From NCBI RefSeq assembly GCF_009914755.1, contig NC_060931.1: a stretch of DNA of 64,000 nucleotides; one strand, given 5' to 3'. This DNA is from the human T2T-CHM13v2.0 reference genome, Homo sapiens. The translations under genes were made by a program, and so were the position numbers. The notes under the pieces were generated by a model. The model had not been told where the DNA came from and ran no database searches. It worked only from the letters and a program-made list of their open reading frames with translations. How positions within the stretch are numbered: the stretch's first letter is position 1; every line of letters starts with the position of its first letter. Shown one piece after another: positions 1 to 14,497 of this stretch.

Positions 1-59
1 CACACACAGCAAAAAATGACCAACAGAAGCCAGTGCTGAGATGACAGGGACATAGAAAG

Positions 60-340
60 CACTGAATTTTATTTGTTTAATTCAGTTAGATGGTCTCTGC
101 TTTCTAATAGGCAAGCTTAATGCATTTACACTGTTGCGAGTACTCATATTTTTGGACTTAGTTTACCATATTATTTTTGGTAGTCTCTTTCCTTATTTCT
201 TTATTCCTTCCTCCTGACACCATTGGATTAATCACACTTATTTTATTCATTTTCCCCCTTCTGTTTGTTTGGAATTTTCTTCCTGATTCTGTTCTTTTAG
301 TGGCCCCCTTAATTTTTAGCATGCGTAAGCAACATAAAGT
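60..340 (-). mobile_element. Ancient L1 (L1M/L1ME-type) fragment
   Basis: Degenerate match to the antisense of the L1 ORF2 start/inter-ORF region (e.g. tctctgctttctaatagg...catttaca). Confidence 0.45.
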
Positions 341-1306
341 ATGAAGTTAAGGGATAGCCCCGCCTTTATTCTCTGGTTTCGCCCACCCAAATTCCATGTT
401 AACGTTACATGCTTATATTTTTTCTATCATTTCTATGTGTTTGAAACAGGAGGAAAGATTTTTCAGTTGAGGCACAGAAATACAGACTTAGGGTCAATAT
501 GGACGGCAAAACTAACACAGAAAATCAACGAATTAATGAATTGACTTGAACAAGTAAATCCACAAAATGTAGTTCTGGTCCAGAGCCCTTGGTGGGAGTG
601 GTCTGCGAAAGCCCCAGGGCCCCAGTCCTGTCTCAGGCCAAGGCTCTGATCCAGAGATCAGAGACAAAGATCAGGCTGTTGTGCTGCCTTCCCTTTGAGC
701 CTGGCGCTTCAGATTGCCTGAGGGGACAGCCACTAAACTGAAGGAGAGGGATGACTCACTCCCAGAGATAATAAGCTCAAGATAAGTGTTTCCAGGTTTA
801 AAAATTCTGTCTGGGTAGTTCTTCAATTGCGTTCCTAGCACAGGAAACTGACTAGAAGCAAATAAACTAGAAACCAACTAGGTTTGAGGCCTGAGGCTGA
901 CAAGAAAACAATAAGCCTGACCCCCACAAGTGCAATGTCAGCTGCCTCTAAAGCTACCTGTTGCCTCAATCTGCATCTCCATGTTCTGGCTACAAAATCT
1001 GGGCAGTGCTGGACCAGGTCATTGTCACTGGGCCCCCTCACCTTGAGGTGATAAAGATAAATAACACCAAGGGATCCCCAGAGGTCAACCCTGGAGTCTG
1101 AGTGGGCCGTAGAAAAGGGCTTCCTCCTGGAAGCGGAACCAGGGCTGTCAGATCTAAGCATAGGACTTTTTCCAGGGCCTGGAGGGGAGCTGTTTACGAT
1201 GATTGCCCAGTGAGATTCCTTAATTGCTTGGAACAGGGGCTTTGTGCATGGCCTTATTGCTCACGAAGTTCAGAACTACATTTTGTGGTTTTACACGTTC
1301 AAGTAA

Positions 1307-2345
1307 ATTCATTAGTTTGTTGAATATTTATTCAACTGACATTGAGGAACACCTGTTGTGTGCCAGAGTGGTTCCAGGTGTTGGGAATAACTGAGTGGAG
1401 CACGGCCGCAGCACATCTGCAGAGAGCATCATTCTAGAGGGTGGGAGTTAATGCATGCTCAGGGGACAGATTCACACAAACGTTGAAACAGTGCTAAGTA
1501 GTGACAGTAAAGGCCATGATTAGGGCATAAGCAAGACAGGCAATAAGAGGGGTGGTCAGGGAATGGCAGCACCCCTCTGAAGAGGAGATGTGAGCAGAGA
1601 CCAAAGCGAGGTTAAGGAAAAGTTGGGAGACAACCTGGGGAAAAGAATTCCAGGGAGTGGGAGTGAGTGCAAGTGCAGAGTGAGCGGCCACAAGGCAGCC
1701 ATGTGCTTGAGTCCTTAGGAAGAGCCAGGAGGCAGAGCATCGAGAGCCCACTGGAGGTGGGTAGCATGAGACTGCGGGGTGGCTGGGCCACTGTTGCTAG
1801 ACTGGCCGCTGTGAGGCTGAGGTGAGGCCACTGTAGACTTGAGAGGGGGCAGCACGGCGTGGCAAGCTTCTCACTGAAGATTAGCACTCTTTACACACTT
1901 TGCTGTGTGTGTGTTGAACCTGGGCAGAAGAGCCTGGGCTGGAGGAGGGCTGGAGGATCACCAGGAGGATGGGTCAGGGGTCCCTCTTGCTTCACATGGT
2001 TTATCTTCCTGATCAGGAGGCAGCTGCCACTGTCCAGATGCTGAACCGCCCAGGGTGGTGGCAATGGCTGAGGTGGGAAAGATGAGCTCAGGAGAGGCTC
2101 TGAGGTGGAGCAGGTGGGTCTGCTGATGGAAAGGATGCTGGGTACGCAAGGGAGAGGAGTCAGGATCCTCCCTGACATTATGCAGAGTGTTGGGTAGAGT
2201 CTCATTTATTGGAATGGGAACCTGTGGAGGAGGAGGTTTGAAGGAGGATAATTTGGCCTGTTGATGTGGACCTGCCTATAAGACATCCAACTAGAGATGC
2301 AAGTAGGAAGCTGTCGGAAGTTGGAGGTAAGAGCCTGGAGTTCAG
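1307..2345 (-). mobile_element. LINE-2 (L2a-like) fragment
   Basis: Antisense L2 3' end (attcatt...tatttatt...tgtgccag) followed by typical L2 body motifs (agacatccaactagagatgcaagtagg...gcctggagttcag). Confidence 0.7.
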
Positions 2346-2488
2346 CAGGATGTGGTGGTGTGCACCTGTGGTCCCATCTACTCAGGAGGCTTAGGTGAGA
2401 AGTGTTTGTCATTACAGTGACCTATGATTGTACCACTGCAATCCAGCCTGGACGACAGAGCAAGACACTGTCTCTTAAAGAAAAACAG
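2346..2488 (+). mobile_element. Alu monomer (FRAM/AluJ right arm)
   Basis: gtggtggtgtgcacctgtggtccca...ccactgcaatccagcctggacgacagagcaagac plus A-rich tail. Confidence 0.8.
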
Positions 2489-2489
2489 A

Positions 2490-4097
2490 ATTATAGTACA
2501 ATATCAACACTAGGAAATTGACATCGGTACGATGTGTGTGTGGTTCTATGTCATTTTATTGCACATGTAGATTCATGTAAACATCACTACAATCAAGATT
2601 CAGAACCGTTCCATCACCACAAATAGCTCCCACCACTCCCTTACAGTTGTATGCCCTCCCCCTTCTTCCACTACTCCCAATTCCTGGTAACCATGAATCT
2701 GTTCTCCATCTCAATAATTTTATCATTTATATACATGGAATCATACAACATGTAACTTTTTGAGACTGGCTGAGAAATGCCCTTTTTGGTAAAATGTCTC
2801 TTCATGTCTTTTGCCCATTTAATAATTAGATTGTTTGTTTTTTACTGTCGAATTTTGAGATTTCTTTATATATTCTAAATGTGAGTGTTTTGTCAAATAT
2901 GTGGTTTGCAAGTGTTTTCTCTCAGTTTATAGCTTGTCTTTCCATTCTGTCAACAGGGTTTTTTTTTTTTAATGCAGCAAAAGTTTTTAATTTTGAAGGA
3001 ATCCAAATAATCAATTTTTTCTTTTATGGATTGTATTTTTACTGTTATGTCTTAGAATGCTCTACCCAATCCTAGGCCCAAATATTTTCCCTGTATTTTC
3101 CTATAAAAGTTATATAGTTGTAGGCTGAAACATTTTCCCTATATTTTCCTATAAAAGTTTTGTAGCGTATTTTTTTATTTAAATATATTATCTATTTTAA
3201 GTTAGTTTTTGCATAATGTGTGAGACTTAGTTGATTTTCACTTTTTCCCCCATGAATGTCCAATCCTGCACCACCATTTGTTGAAATGACTGTCCTTTCT
3301 CCATTGAATTCTTCTTTGTACCTTCGTAAAACATTAGTTGGCAGTACTTTTGTGGCTCTATTTCTGGATCTATGCTATGGCACTGATTTATATTTCTATT
3401 CCTCTCCCAGTATCACCCAGTCTTGATTGCTATAGCTATATAACAAGTCTTGCAATAGGATAGAGATTTGGGGAGAATTGACATATTTACTATGCTTGGT
3501 ATTCCAATTCAAAAACAAAGTATACATCTACATTTATTTAGATCTTGCCTGAGTTCTTTCATCAGCATTTTATAGTTTTCAGCATGAAATTGTGTTCATT
3601 TTGTTGGATTTACAACTAAGTATTTACCCATTCGTTGGGGAGGGTCCTTGTGGCTCCTCATTACAGCCTGGTGAGGGTGGAAGTCTGAACTGCCCATTCA
3701 GCCTTTGTTGATACTGAGGTATGTGTTGGGCCCAAGTTTTTTTTATGGTATTGACTGGAGCAGAACAGATTTTTCTCCCCCGCAGTTCTCTGTCTTTCTG
3801 GCTGTTCCTTTTCCAGTCCCTTGGCTAGAGACAGCAGGCCTTTCTTGGGATGTTTGTGTCCTCATTAGTGTTTCCAAGTTGGAGTCATCTCCAATGCTTA
3901 TTCTGAGATAGAAGAAGCAAAAATAAAACGCAGAACTCACCGCTGTGTCATTCCTTAGGTCCCAAGATTCCTAGCTAATATAGTTTTTTCTTTCCACCTT
4001 TTAGGATCTTCCTAGGATGTATACATCTCCAGGGCTTTTAGCTGTATGTAGTGGCAGAATAGGGAAAAGTATTCTATCTTCCTGGGAACAGAAGTCC
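2490..4097 (-). mobile_element. Internally deleted L1MC/L1MD-type LINE-1 (3' UTR and ORF2 pieces joined to the 5' end)
   Basis: Antisense L1MC/MD 3' UTR motifs at 2490-2770, ORF2 antisense to ~3625, and 5'-end-like terminus tatcttcctgggaacagaagtc at ~4097. Confidence 0.65.
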
Positions 4098-4119
4098 TTA
4101 GAGATAAATTATTTAGATC

Positions 4120-4430
4120 ATTTTCTTTTCTCCAGATTAGGAATCTGATACTGAGAGGTAAAATGTCCTCTCTGAGGTCACACTGCTAGTTATGGGAAGA
4201 GCAGGGATTCAGCACTACATCTCCATGCTCTGAAGCTGTGGCACCCCCGCCCCAATATCAGGGGATTCTTACAGAAGCTCCCCACTAGGAAGCAAATGAC
4301 AAATAAAAACGGCAGCTACCACTATTGTCAGCCTACAGCATGTTATGCATACATTGCTTATGGTCTTTACTACATCCTTGCAGAGAGAACAAAAAATGGG
4401 GAATCACTTGATTTTACAGATGATGTTTAG
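4120..4430 (-). mobile_element. MIR fragments
   Basis: MIR core-like motifs (ctgagaggtaaaatgtc...ggtcacactgctagt; attttacagatga). Confidence 0.55.
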
Positions 4431-4725
4431 ACTCATGTGAAAAAATATGAATGTTGACCTTACCTCATACCATATAAAATAATTTACTGCGAATGGATGT
4501 TAGACCTAAACAAAAGTGCTAACGCTGTAAAAATTTTATAAAAAATAGAAGGAAAATCTTTATAGCCTTGTGGTAGATGGTAGACAAAGATTTCTTATCT
4601 CAGAAACAAAAATAACTAAATTAAAAAGACTTTTTTTGATAAACTAGATTTCATCATTTTGAAAAGCTTTGCATAGTAAAAGGCATTGTTAAGAAAAGGG
4701 AAAGATAAGTAATAATTTGGGATAA

Positions 4726-5412
<687 letters not shown>

Positions 5413-5582
5413 TACATAGAAACATCACTCAAATTAATAACAAGAAGACAAACCAATTTTAAAAAGAAGCAAAAGGCAGAATACACAATTCATCAAAGAA
5501 GATAAACAAATGGTAGATAATTTGTGTAAAACTGTTCAACATCTATAGTCAAAAGGGAAATGCAACCTAAGAAAACTGTGGG

Positions 5583-8500
5583 AAACTTCGTATTTCAACT
5601 CCAACATGTGAAAAGCTTGGATGCCATCATTCCTATACTTTCAACAAGACAAACCTGGACAAGCTGAAAGCTGATGACTTCTCTTTGGATCCATTGGAGA
5701 ATTGAGGCTGCAGTACAAATTGCCACCTGAAATCTGGAGAGACAGGTAAATCTTGGGGTGAGAGTTGAGATCTGTTACCTGTAGCAGAAGAAGCTGGTGC
5801 CCTAAGCTGATGGTAACACATAAAAGATAATTTTGATAAATTGCTGGAGGCTGAGTATAGACCAGCATGAGAATGAAAAATTCCTGGAAGCCTGAGTCTT
5901 TTGGCAATTCCCCACTTCCATGAGTTCTACTTCCAGGAACCCCACCAGCTTCTCATGGTGAAAATCTGAGAAAGATCCCTTGGAGGAAGGGCTTCCTTTC
6001 TCTCATGCCAGCCTCTTCTAGCCTTCATGTCTAAGCAATTGGGAGCACATAGTCATCAGAATTCAATACTTTAAGGAAATAGGTTGGGAATGCTGCAGTC
6101 AGGGGAGGGAAGAGGAGGAAGGGGGAAATTCTCTACCACTGGAGAAGCATTTGTGAAAGTCACCTCTAAGAGACACACAGGCCTATTAACTGGCTGAGAC
6201 TTAATTATGGTTATAGAATGCTTTCTCTCCTTATACCTTACTACCACACCAACAGACCTTCAGTAAAGTCAGAGAGAATTATGGCTGAAAGAGATGTAAG
6301 ACACAGACTCTTTCTGAGGAAGAGCATATAGAGAAGCCCAAGGTTACGAGGGAAGACACAAATAATGTCACTAGATGGGTTTATCCTCTGGCATCTGTAG
6401 ATATATCAAGCATTAAACACAGTCCAGCTCCTAGCTAGATTAACATAAATCTTTACACTAAGAGCCTATTTACCAATTCCTATTCCTAACACGAAATGTC
6501 TAGCTTTCAATGCAAAATTGCAAGACATGCCAAAAGGCAAGACAAAAATGCAGTCTGAAGAGAAAAAGCAATCACCATAACCAGACTCAGATATGGAACA
6601 CATGGTGGAATTATAAAACAGAGAATTTAAAATAACTATTATTAATATGTTATGGGCTCTAATGGAAAAAGCAGACAACATGCAAGAAGAGATGGACAAT
6701 GTAAGCAGAGAGATAGAAATTCTAAGGGGAATAAGATAATGAGAAAATGGAAATTAAAAACACCATAAATGAAGAATGCCCTTGGTGGGTTCATCAATAG
6801 ACTGCGAACAGCCAAGAAAATAATAAGTGAGCTTACAGACAGGTCAGTAGAAACTCTAAAAACACAAAGAGGAAAAATTATGAAGAAATAAAACAAAATA
6901 AAGCAAAACCAAAACAGAACATCCTGTGGAGAAATTGCAAATAGTGTAGCATACACGTAATTGGAATACTAGTAGGAGAGGAAGAGATACAGAGCAGAAG
7001 AAATGCTTAAAGTAATAACAGGAGAACTTTTTTGTTAAAAAAGTTAATTGCAGACCCCAAACCACATACATAGGAAATTCAAAGAGCGCCAAGCAGGATA
7101 AGTATAACAGACACCTACATACATCCACACACACCATATTCAAACTACAGAAAACTAAGACAAAGAGAAAATCTTGAAGTAAACCAGTCAGAAGAAAAAC
7201 ACCCATTCCTAGAAAAGAATGAGTACAAAAATTACAGTGTACTTCCCTTAAAGTGTTGACAGAAAAAAACAAAACAAAACCCTAACCCAGAATTTATATT
7301 CAAGGAAATTATCTTTCAAATGTGGAAGAAAAATAGAAACATTTTCTCACAAATGAAAACTGAGGGAATTCATCTCCAGCAGGCCTGTCCTGCAAGAAAT
7401 GTTAAGAATTTTTAAGGCAGTAGGAAAGTGATGTAGGTCAGAAACTTGGACGTATAAGGAAAAGGATGTTGGAGAGGGCATAACTGAAGAAAAATATTTT
7501 AGTTTTCTTATTCTTAATTTACGTGGAGATAATTATGTTTAACTCAATAATGATAATAATGTATTGGGTGATTGTAGCATATAGGTAAGGGAAATGAATG
7601 ATAGCAATTCCATAAGGGATAGGAGGGAGGAATTGGAAATAATCTATTACAAAGTACCTGTACTACGTGTGAAGTGGTGTAGAGTTATTTGAAACTGGTC
7701 TTAGATTAGTTTAAAATGTGCATTGCAAACTCTAAAGTAATCAATTTTTTTTAAAAAAACTGCAGTTGATATGCTAAGAGAAGAGATGAAATTCAGTAAT
7801 ATAAAATGCTCAAGAAATGCAAATAGAAAACAGTTACAAACATGGTAGATATTAATCCAGCTATATCAATAATCACTTTAAAAGTCAGTGGTGTATCTAA
7901 ACACACTAATTAAAGGACAGAGATTGGCAAACTGGATTTAAAAAAACCTGAAGTAACAAACCTAAATCTAAAATAAAAGTGATTAGTACCCACTGAATCT
8001 AAAATAAAAGTGGGAAAAAGTGCTCAAGACTTTATGCTTTCTACTTTATGCTTTCTACAAGAAATCTACTTTAAACGTAAAGACTGAGATAGGTTAAAAG
8101 AAAAGGAATGGAGAAGCTATGCCATGCTAAAACTAATCAAAAGAATGCTGGAGCAGCTATATTAACAAGACAAAATAGATTTCAGGATAAAGAAGATTAT
8201 CAGGGATAAAGGAGGGAATTACATAATGTTAAAGGAGATCAATTCTCCATGGAGACATATGATCCTAAACATGTATGAGCCTAACAAAGTTTCAAAATTT
8301 ATGAGGCAAAAATGGATAGAATTAAGAGAAAAGAGGCAAAAATTCATTATCATAGTTGGAAACTTCAACACCTCTTTGATATATCAAGCACTCAGAAAAA
8401 CAGGAAGGATATAGTTGGCATGAACTATCAATCAAATTTATCGAATTGACATTTACAGAACACTGAATCCAACAATAGCAATATTTCTTTCAGTTCACAT

Positions 8501-11500
8501 GGAACCTTCACCAAGATAGACCATATGGTAGGCCACAAAACACACTGTAATAAATTAAAAAAATTAGATATTAAATAAAGTATGTTCTCAGACCACAGTG
8601 GAATTAAACTAGAAATCAGTAACAGAAAGACAGCTGGAAAATTCCTAAATATTTGGAAATATTTGTTTAACATGTGTCTAGTGAAGAGATGGGTCAAAGG
8701 AGAGGTCTCAAAATAAATGAAAAATATTCTTAGTTAAATACAAATGAAAATACAACTTATAAAATTTGTGGAATGCAGCAACAACAGTTGTTGAAGAGAA
8801 ATTTATAACACTAAATGCATATATTAGAAAAGAAGATCTAAAATCAATAATCTAAGTTTTAACCTTCAAAAACTAGAGAAAGAAGAAAATGTTATGCATA
8901 AACAAGTAGAAGAAAAGGAATAACACAATTATAGCACAAATAGGTGAAACTAAAAATAAGAAAGCAATAAAGAGAAATCAACAAATTCAAAAGTTGTTCT
9001 TTGGAAAGATCAATAAAATAGATAAATCTCTAGCCAGGCTAACCAAGAAATAAGAGAAATGTAACAAATTACTAAACTCAGAAATTAAAGAGGGATCATT
9101 GCTACTGATCCCTTGGACTTGAAAATATAATGAAGGAATATTACAAACAAATCTATGCCAACAAATTTAATAACAGATGAAATGACTAATGCCTTGAGAG
9201 ATATAAACTAAAAAAATTCTACAAGTAGAAATAAGTAACTCAAGTAGACCTGTTTCTTTTAAAGTCATTGAATTGATTACAAATAACCTTCGGAGTAAAA
9301 AAAGTACCAGACCCAGATGGTTTCACTGGTGAATTCTACCTCAGATTTAAGGGAAAAAAAGTACCAATTCTACACAATCACCAAAAAATAGAAGCAGAGA
9401 GAATACTTCCTAACTCATTCTATGAGGCCAATATTACCTTAATACTAAAACCACACAAAGATTGTAAAAGAAGAGAAAACTACAGATATATATTTCTACA
9501 TCGACAGGCTAAAGAAGAAGAGTTATATTATCATATAAATATTGGCCTCATAGAATGTGTTAGAAAGTGTTCTCTCTGCTTCTGTTTTCTGGTGATTGTG
9601 TAGAATTGGTACTTTTTTTATAATATAATATACATTGTTTTAGAAAAAGCATTTGACAAAATTCAAAACCTATTCATGATAAAAACACTCAGGAACCTAG
9701 GAATAGAGGGGGACTTCCTCAGCTTGATAAATAACATCTAGAAAAATACTGTAGCAAACATTTATGTTTAATGGTGAGAAAATGAATGCTTTCCTCTTAA
9801 GACTGAGAAAAAGGCAATATCCCCTCCACCACTGCTATTCAATATCTTACTAGAAGTTCTAGCTGGTGCAATGAGAAAATAAAAAGAAATAAAAGGTACC
9901 AAGATTGGAAAAAACAAAAAACAAAAAACATGTATTTATTCACAGGAAACATGATTGTCTGTGGAGAAAGTTCCAAAGAATTGACCAAAAACTCTTCTGG
10001 AACTAATAAGCAGTTATAGTAAGGTCTCAGACTATAAGGTCAATATATAAAAGTCAGTTGCTTTCCTATATATCAGCAATGAACAACTGGAATTTGAAAT
10101 TTAAAAATATCATTTACAACAGCATCAGAAAAGGAAATACTTAGGTATAAATCTAACAAAATATATACTGGATAAATATGTGGAAATGTACAAAACGCTA
10201 ATGAAAGAAATAAACAAAGATGTAAATAAATGGAGAGATATTCTGTGTCATTGGGTTGAAGGACACCATGTTGCTGAGATGTCATTTCTTCCCAATTCAA
10301 CTTATAGATTTAATATGCTCTCATTAAAAACTCTAGAGCATATGTTGTAGATATTAACAGATATTGACAAATTGATTCTAAAGCTGATATGGAAAGGCAA
10401 AGGACATAGCATATTCAATACAATATACTGAAGAAGAAAAAAGTTGGAGAACCCACATTTCCCTATAGTAAACTTACTATAAAACTACATTAGGGAAGAC
10501 AGTGGGTTTGGCAAAAGAATACAGTGCAATGTAACAAAATAGAGTAAATATGTATCTACACAAATATAGTCAATCGTCTTTGGCAAAGATGCAAAAGCAA
10601 TTTAATGGAGAAGGAATAGGCTTTTAAACAAATTTTGCTGGATAAATTGGAAGTCCATATGCAAAAAAAAAAAAAAATCCTTGCTACAGGTTTTTCTCCT
10701 TTCGCAAAAATTAACTCAAAGTGTAACATAAAGGTAAAATGCAAATGATAAGAAGAAAATGTAGGAAGAAATTTACATGACCTTGGACTTTGTGATGAGT
10801 TTTTAGATACAACACCGAAACAAGATCAATGAAAAAAATAGATCTGAACTTTATTAAAGTATTTTCCTGGTAAAATACACTGTTAAGAGAATTAAAAGAC
10901 AAAATATAATCTTGGAGAAAATATTTGTAAGTCACATATCTGATGAAGGACTTGTGTTCAAAATATGCAAAGAATTCTTAAAATTCAACAATGAGAAACA
11001 CCTAATTAAAAATTAGGCAAAAGATCTGAGCAGACTTCACTCCAAAGATGATATACATATGGAAAATAAGCATATGTAAAGATACGTAACATCATTTGTC
11101 ATTAGGCAGATGCAAATTAAAATCACAATGACAGTACAAACCTATTTGGATGGCAAAAACCCAAAGTCCTGACAGTACTAAATGCTGACAGTGATGTGGA
11201 ACAGGAACACAACCACTGCTGGCGAGCACGCAAAATGGTCCAGCCACTTTGAAAGACAGTTTGGCAGTTTCTTATAAAGCTAAACATAGACTCATCATGT
11301 GATCCATCAATCATACTCCTAGGTATTTTCCCAATGAATTTGAAAACTTATGTCCACAAAAAGCCTGTATGCAAATGTTTATACAGCTTTATTCATAATC
11401 TTCAAAACCTAAAAGCAACCAAGATGTCCTTCAATAGTGTGAACAAACCGTGATATATCCATACAATGGAATACTATTTAGTGAATAAAAAGTGGACTAG

Positions 11501-12152
11501 CAAACTATGCAAAGACTTAAATGGATCTTAAATGAATATTGCTAAATTAAAGAAGCCAATCTGAAAAGGCTATGTACTGTATGATTCCAATTGTACAACA
11601 ATCTGGAAAAGGCAAAAAAAAAAAAAAAAAAAAAGAGAGAGAGAGAGAGAGATGATGGACAGATCACTGGCTGCCAGAACTTTCGGTAGGAATAGAAAGA
11701 TCAGATAGGTGAAGCACAGAGGATTTTTTAGGGCAGTGTAACTATTTTATATGATGCCATATGCATTTGTCAAAACCCATAGTGAGCTTTAATGTATGCA
11801 CATTTTAAAATGTCGTTGAAAAAGTCAGGTATCCCAGCATGGAATGCTGAATGTGACAGCAGAACCCAGCCGTTACAAATGTATGAAACAACCTCACTGT
11901 AGAGGGTAGGATTAAAAAGTTGCCCAAGTAACTTTGGAAATTAATAGAGTCTGTAAGACTAAAAGGCAGTAGGAACTGTGCATAAGCACTGTGCCCTGGT
12001 TAGTAAAGTTGCTTCTCATCAGGGCACAGTTTAACAAGTCTGACATAACTGAACATATACACTGGAAATGAACAATGAAATGAATGGCTGTGGGTGATGG
12101 GAGCAGTTTTCTCATTGTTGGAATGGGAGGTGTCGACAAGCAAAGGGAGGAG
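5583..12152 (+). mobile_element. Near full-length ancient L1 (L1MC3-like), decayed
   Basis: 5' UTR-like region, ORF1 remnant (~6600-7450), endonuclease remnant (ORF 8226-8414 ILNMYEPN...IVGNFNTSL), RT region, and L1MC3-type 3' UTR (tacaaatgtatgaaacaacctcactg...gtaactttggaaat). Confidence 0.8.
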
Positions 12153-12330
12153 GTGTTCAGTTGATTGGATGAGGCCCACCATATTATGCAGAGTCATCAG
12201 CTTTACTCAAAGTCTACTGATTTAAATGTTAATCTCATCCAAAAAATACCTTTGCAGCAACATTTAGACTAGTGTTGGACCAAACTGGGCACCATGGCCT
12301 AGCCAAGTTGACACATATGATTAAGCAGCA
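12153..12330 (-). mobile_element. MLT2 (ERVL) LTR 5' fragment
   Basis: gattggatgaggcccacc...ctttactcaaagtctactgatttaaatgttaatc...cctagccaagttgacacat. Confidence 0.85.
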
Positions 12331-14369
12331 TGCTATTTTTCAGGAGAGAAGGAAGAGGGTCTAGAACAGGTGGAGTGGTTGCAGATGTGGTGGGGGGGTG
12401 TCTGTGAATGAAAACAGGTACCAGAGGCAACAGATGCAGAGCCAAGGACAGGGCGGCCTGGGAGGGTCCTGGCTTGGGTGATTGGCAGGACATGAGTGCC
12501 TGAGGAAAGTTAGTTGCTGGGACTGCAGGGTGACAGCTAGCTGTCACTCAAAAACTTCCCCCTGACCAAAGAGCTGTTTGCTTTCTCAGACTAATTACAG
12601 GCACTGCCCTCAGGAAGAGTCCCATGCCGGCATTTGAAAATGAATCAATTTTCCAAGGAAGTGTTACGCAGAGAGTTCCCCTGTGGCCAGAGGAGCAGCT
12701 GCTCTCATTTAGAGGGCACAGGCTCCATCACCACCAGAATGTGTAAGCATGGCAAGTGGAGGCTGCTCACTGTGGCTCAGAGCAGGGCGTGAGCAGCTGC
12801 CCACGAAAGCATTCTCTGGGCTGGTGCCCTGCCCATAATTGGTCCAATCATTTATGTTCTAAGTTTTATTTATCTGCAGAGAGACAGGGGCTTAGCTGGT
12901 CAAAGCAAATGAATCAGAAGCTGAGGGGACTGCCCCACCAGATACAGGAAAGAAGTTGCAGGCAGTATTCACGCTCACTCTGCCTTGCTGCTTGACCTTA
13001 GAGAAAACACACTGAGCCTCAGTCTTCCACATGAAATGTACTTGCAGTGAGAGTTTGATTAGAGGCACCAATGCCTGGAAGTCACTGTTCATAAATTAAT
13101 TTGATGCTCTTGGCTCCATTTCATAAATCTATGAAGTCACCTGCTTTGTCCCATCCCAATATTTATGTAACGAACATGCACTTTCTTCGGGGCTGAAGGA
13201 AGCACTGGTCATTTAGATGATGCAGACTATTCTTGTGCTTGTCTCTGAAGCTCAGTACGAATGTTTAGAAAATCCCCAGGATGTGGAAACCATTTATAAT
13301 AGCATTTACTATTTCCCAGATACATAGATCCTACATTTCATCCTTCTCTGAGGGGCGGTTGTTCTCGTCCTCGCTGTTATGCCATCGTCTCAGTGTGTAA
13401 AGGTGGTGGTTCTGGGGAGGCCATGCAGGGGTCCTGGTGACAATGCGGAAGCCACTGTCATTTCTATGGTGCTCCCTTGATCTGAACGGCAGCCTGTAGA
13501 AGAGGATCGCAATGATGTGTGTGCACAAACCCGACAGCATGGACAGAGCCCACCGAGCATGGTACTCAGTGTGGTGGTCAACCACAGGCCTGTCTACACC
13601 ATGTAAACAGTTAAGATGCTTCTCTGAAGTTGGACAGCTAGAAAGTGGAGGTGTCAAGCTCTAACCCTGGAGATGGGGCCCAGGAGCCTCGGCTCACAAC
13701 CACCTGGGGCCATCCCTCCAGGAAGGGACATCCTTAACCTGATAGCCACCTCTGCAGACGCCCTCCCTGCTGCCACAGGGAGAAACTGCCTTACAGTTCT
13801 TGTACTCATTAGGCTTTGAGACCCTCCTTGACAGGCAGGCAGGCAAGCTATAATCCTTGATTACTTTTTCTCTTAATTGGTGGGTAGACTAAGCTATAGT
13901 GGAGTAATGAATCAAAGCTTCTTTGGGGGAGAAGAGAGTTAATTTTAAAAAATTAGGTTCTGCATGTAATTATGAATGCCTGGTAAAAATATGTGTCTGT
14001 GTAAAAGTGAGTTTAGACCCAGACATGTTCCAAGAATGGTTGAGGCTACTGATGAGATAATATAAAATACTTAGAATCTGTATGTAAGACAGCAAAAGCA
14101 GAAGTAGAAGCCAAAGAAGGCAAAGCAATAAAGGCAAAACCCAGCAGTTTCTGGAACGAGACTAAAAATACCTACCTTATTTCCAAGCTTCCCAGTAGCC
14201 AAGGTGAAAAGAGGTGCAATCATGGACATAATTCACTTTCTATAAAACCATCACTAACTGCTCAGGAGATGCCCAGCTCTTCCTTGTTCTACGACAGAGT
14301 ATTCAGGGTTTTCCTCAGCAGACCCCATCTACTACCACCCATGAGCTGACATTGACCTGGTTTTCAGGC

Positions 14370-14497
14370 TGTTTCTTGTCACTCCATGAGGGCAGTGCCC
14401 AGCCTGCTTATTCACTGCGTGTCACCAGCATCAGGAATGTGCTTGGTCCAGAGCAGACTCACAGCCCTTATTCATTGAATGAATGAATGAACGAACA
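14370..14497 (+). mobile_element. L2 3' end
   Basis: ctccatgagggcag...ttattcactgc...ending in (tgaa)n. Confidence 0.7.

Noticed and set aside
13331-13657. 108-aa minus-strand ORF ending in KDEM with a possible splice acceptor (ER-retention-like terminal exon)
   Set aside because: No recognisable protein, and the 3' part resembles a degenerate MIR tail; likely a chance ORF.
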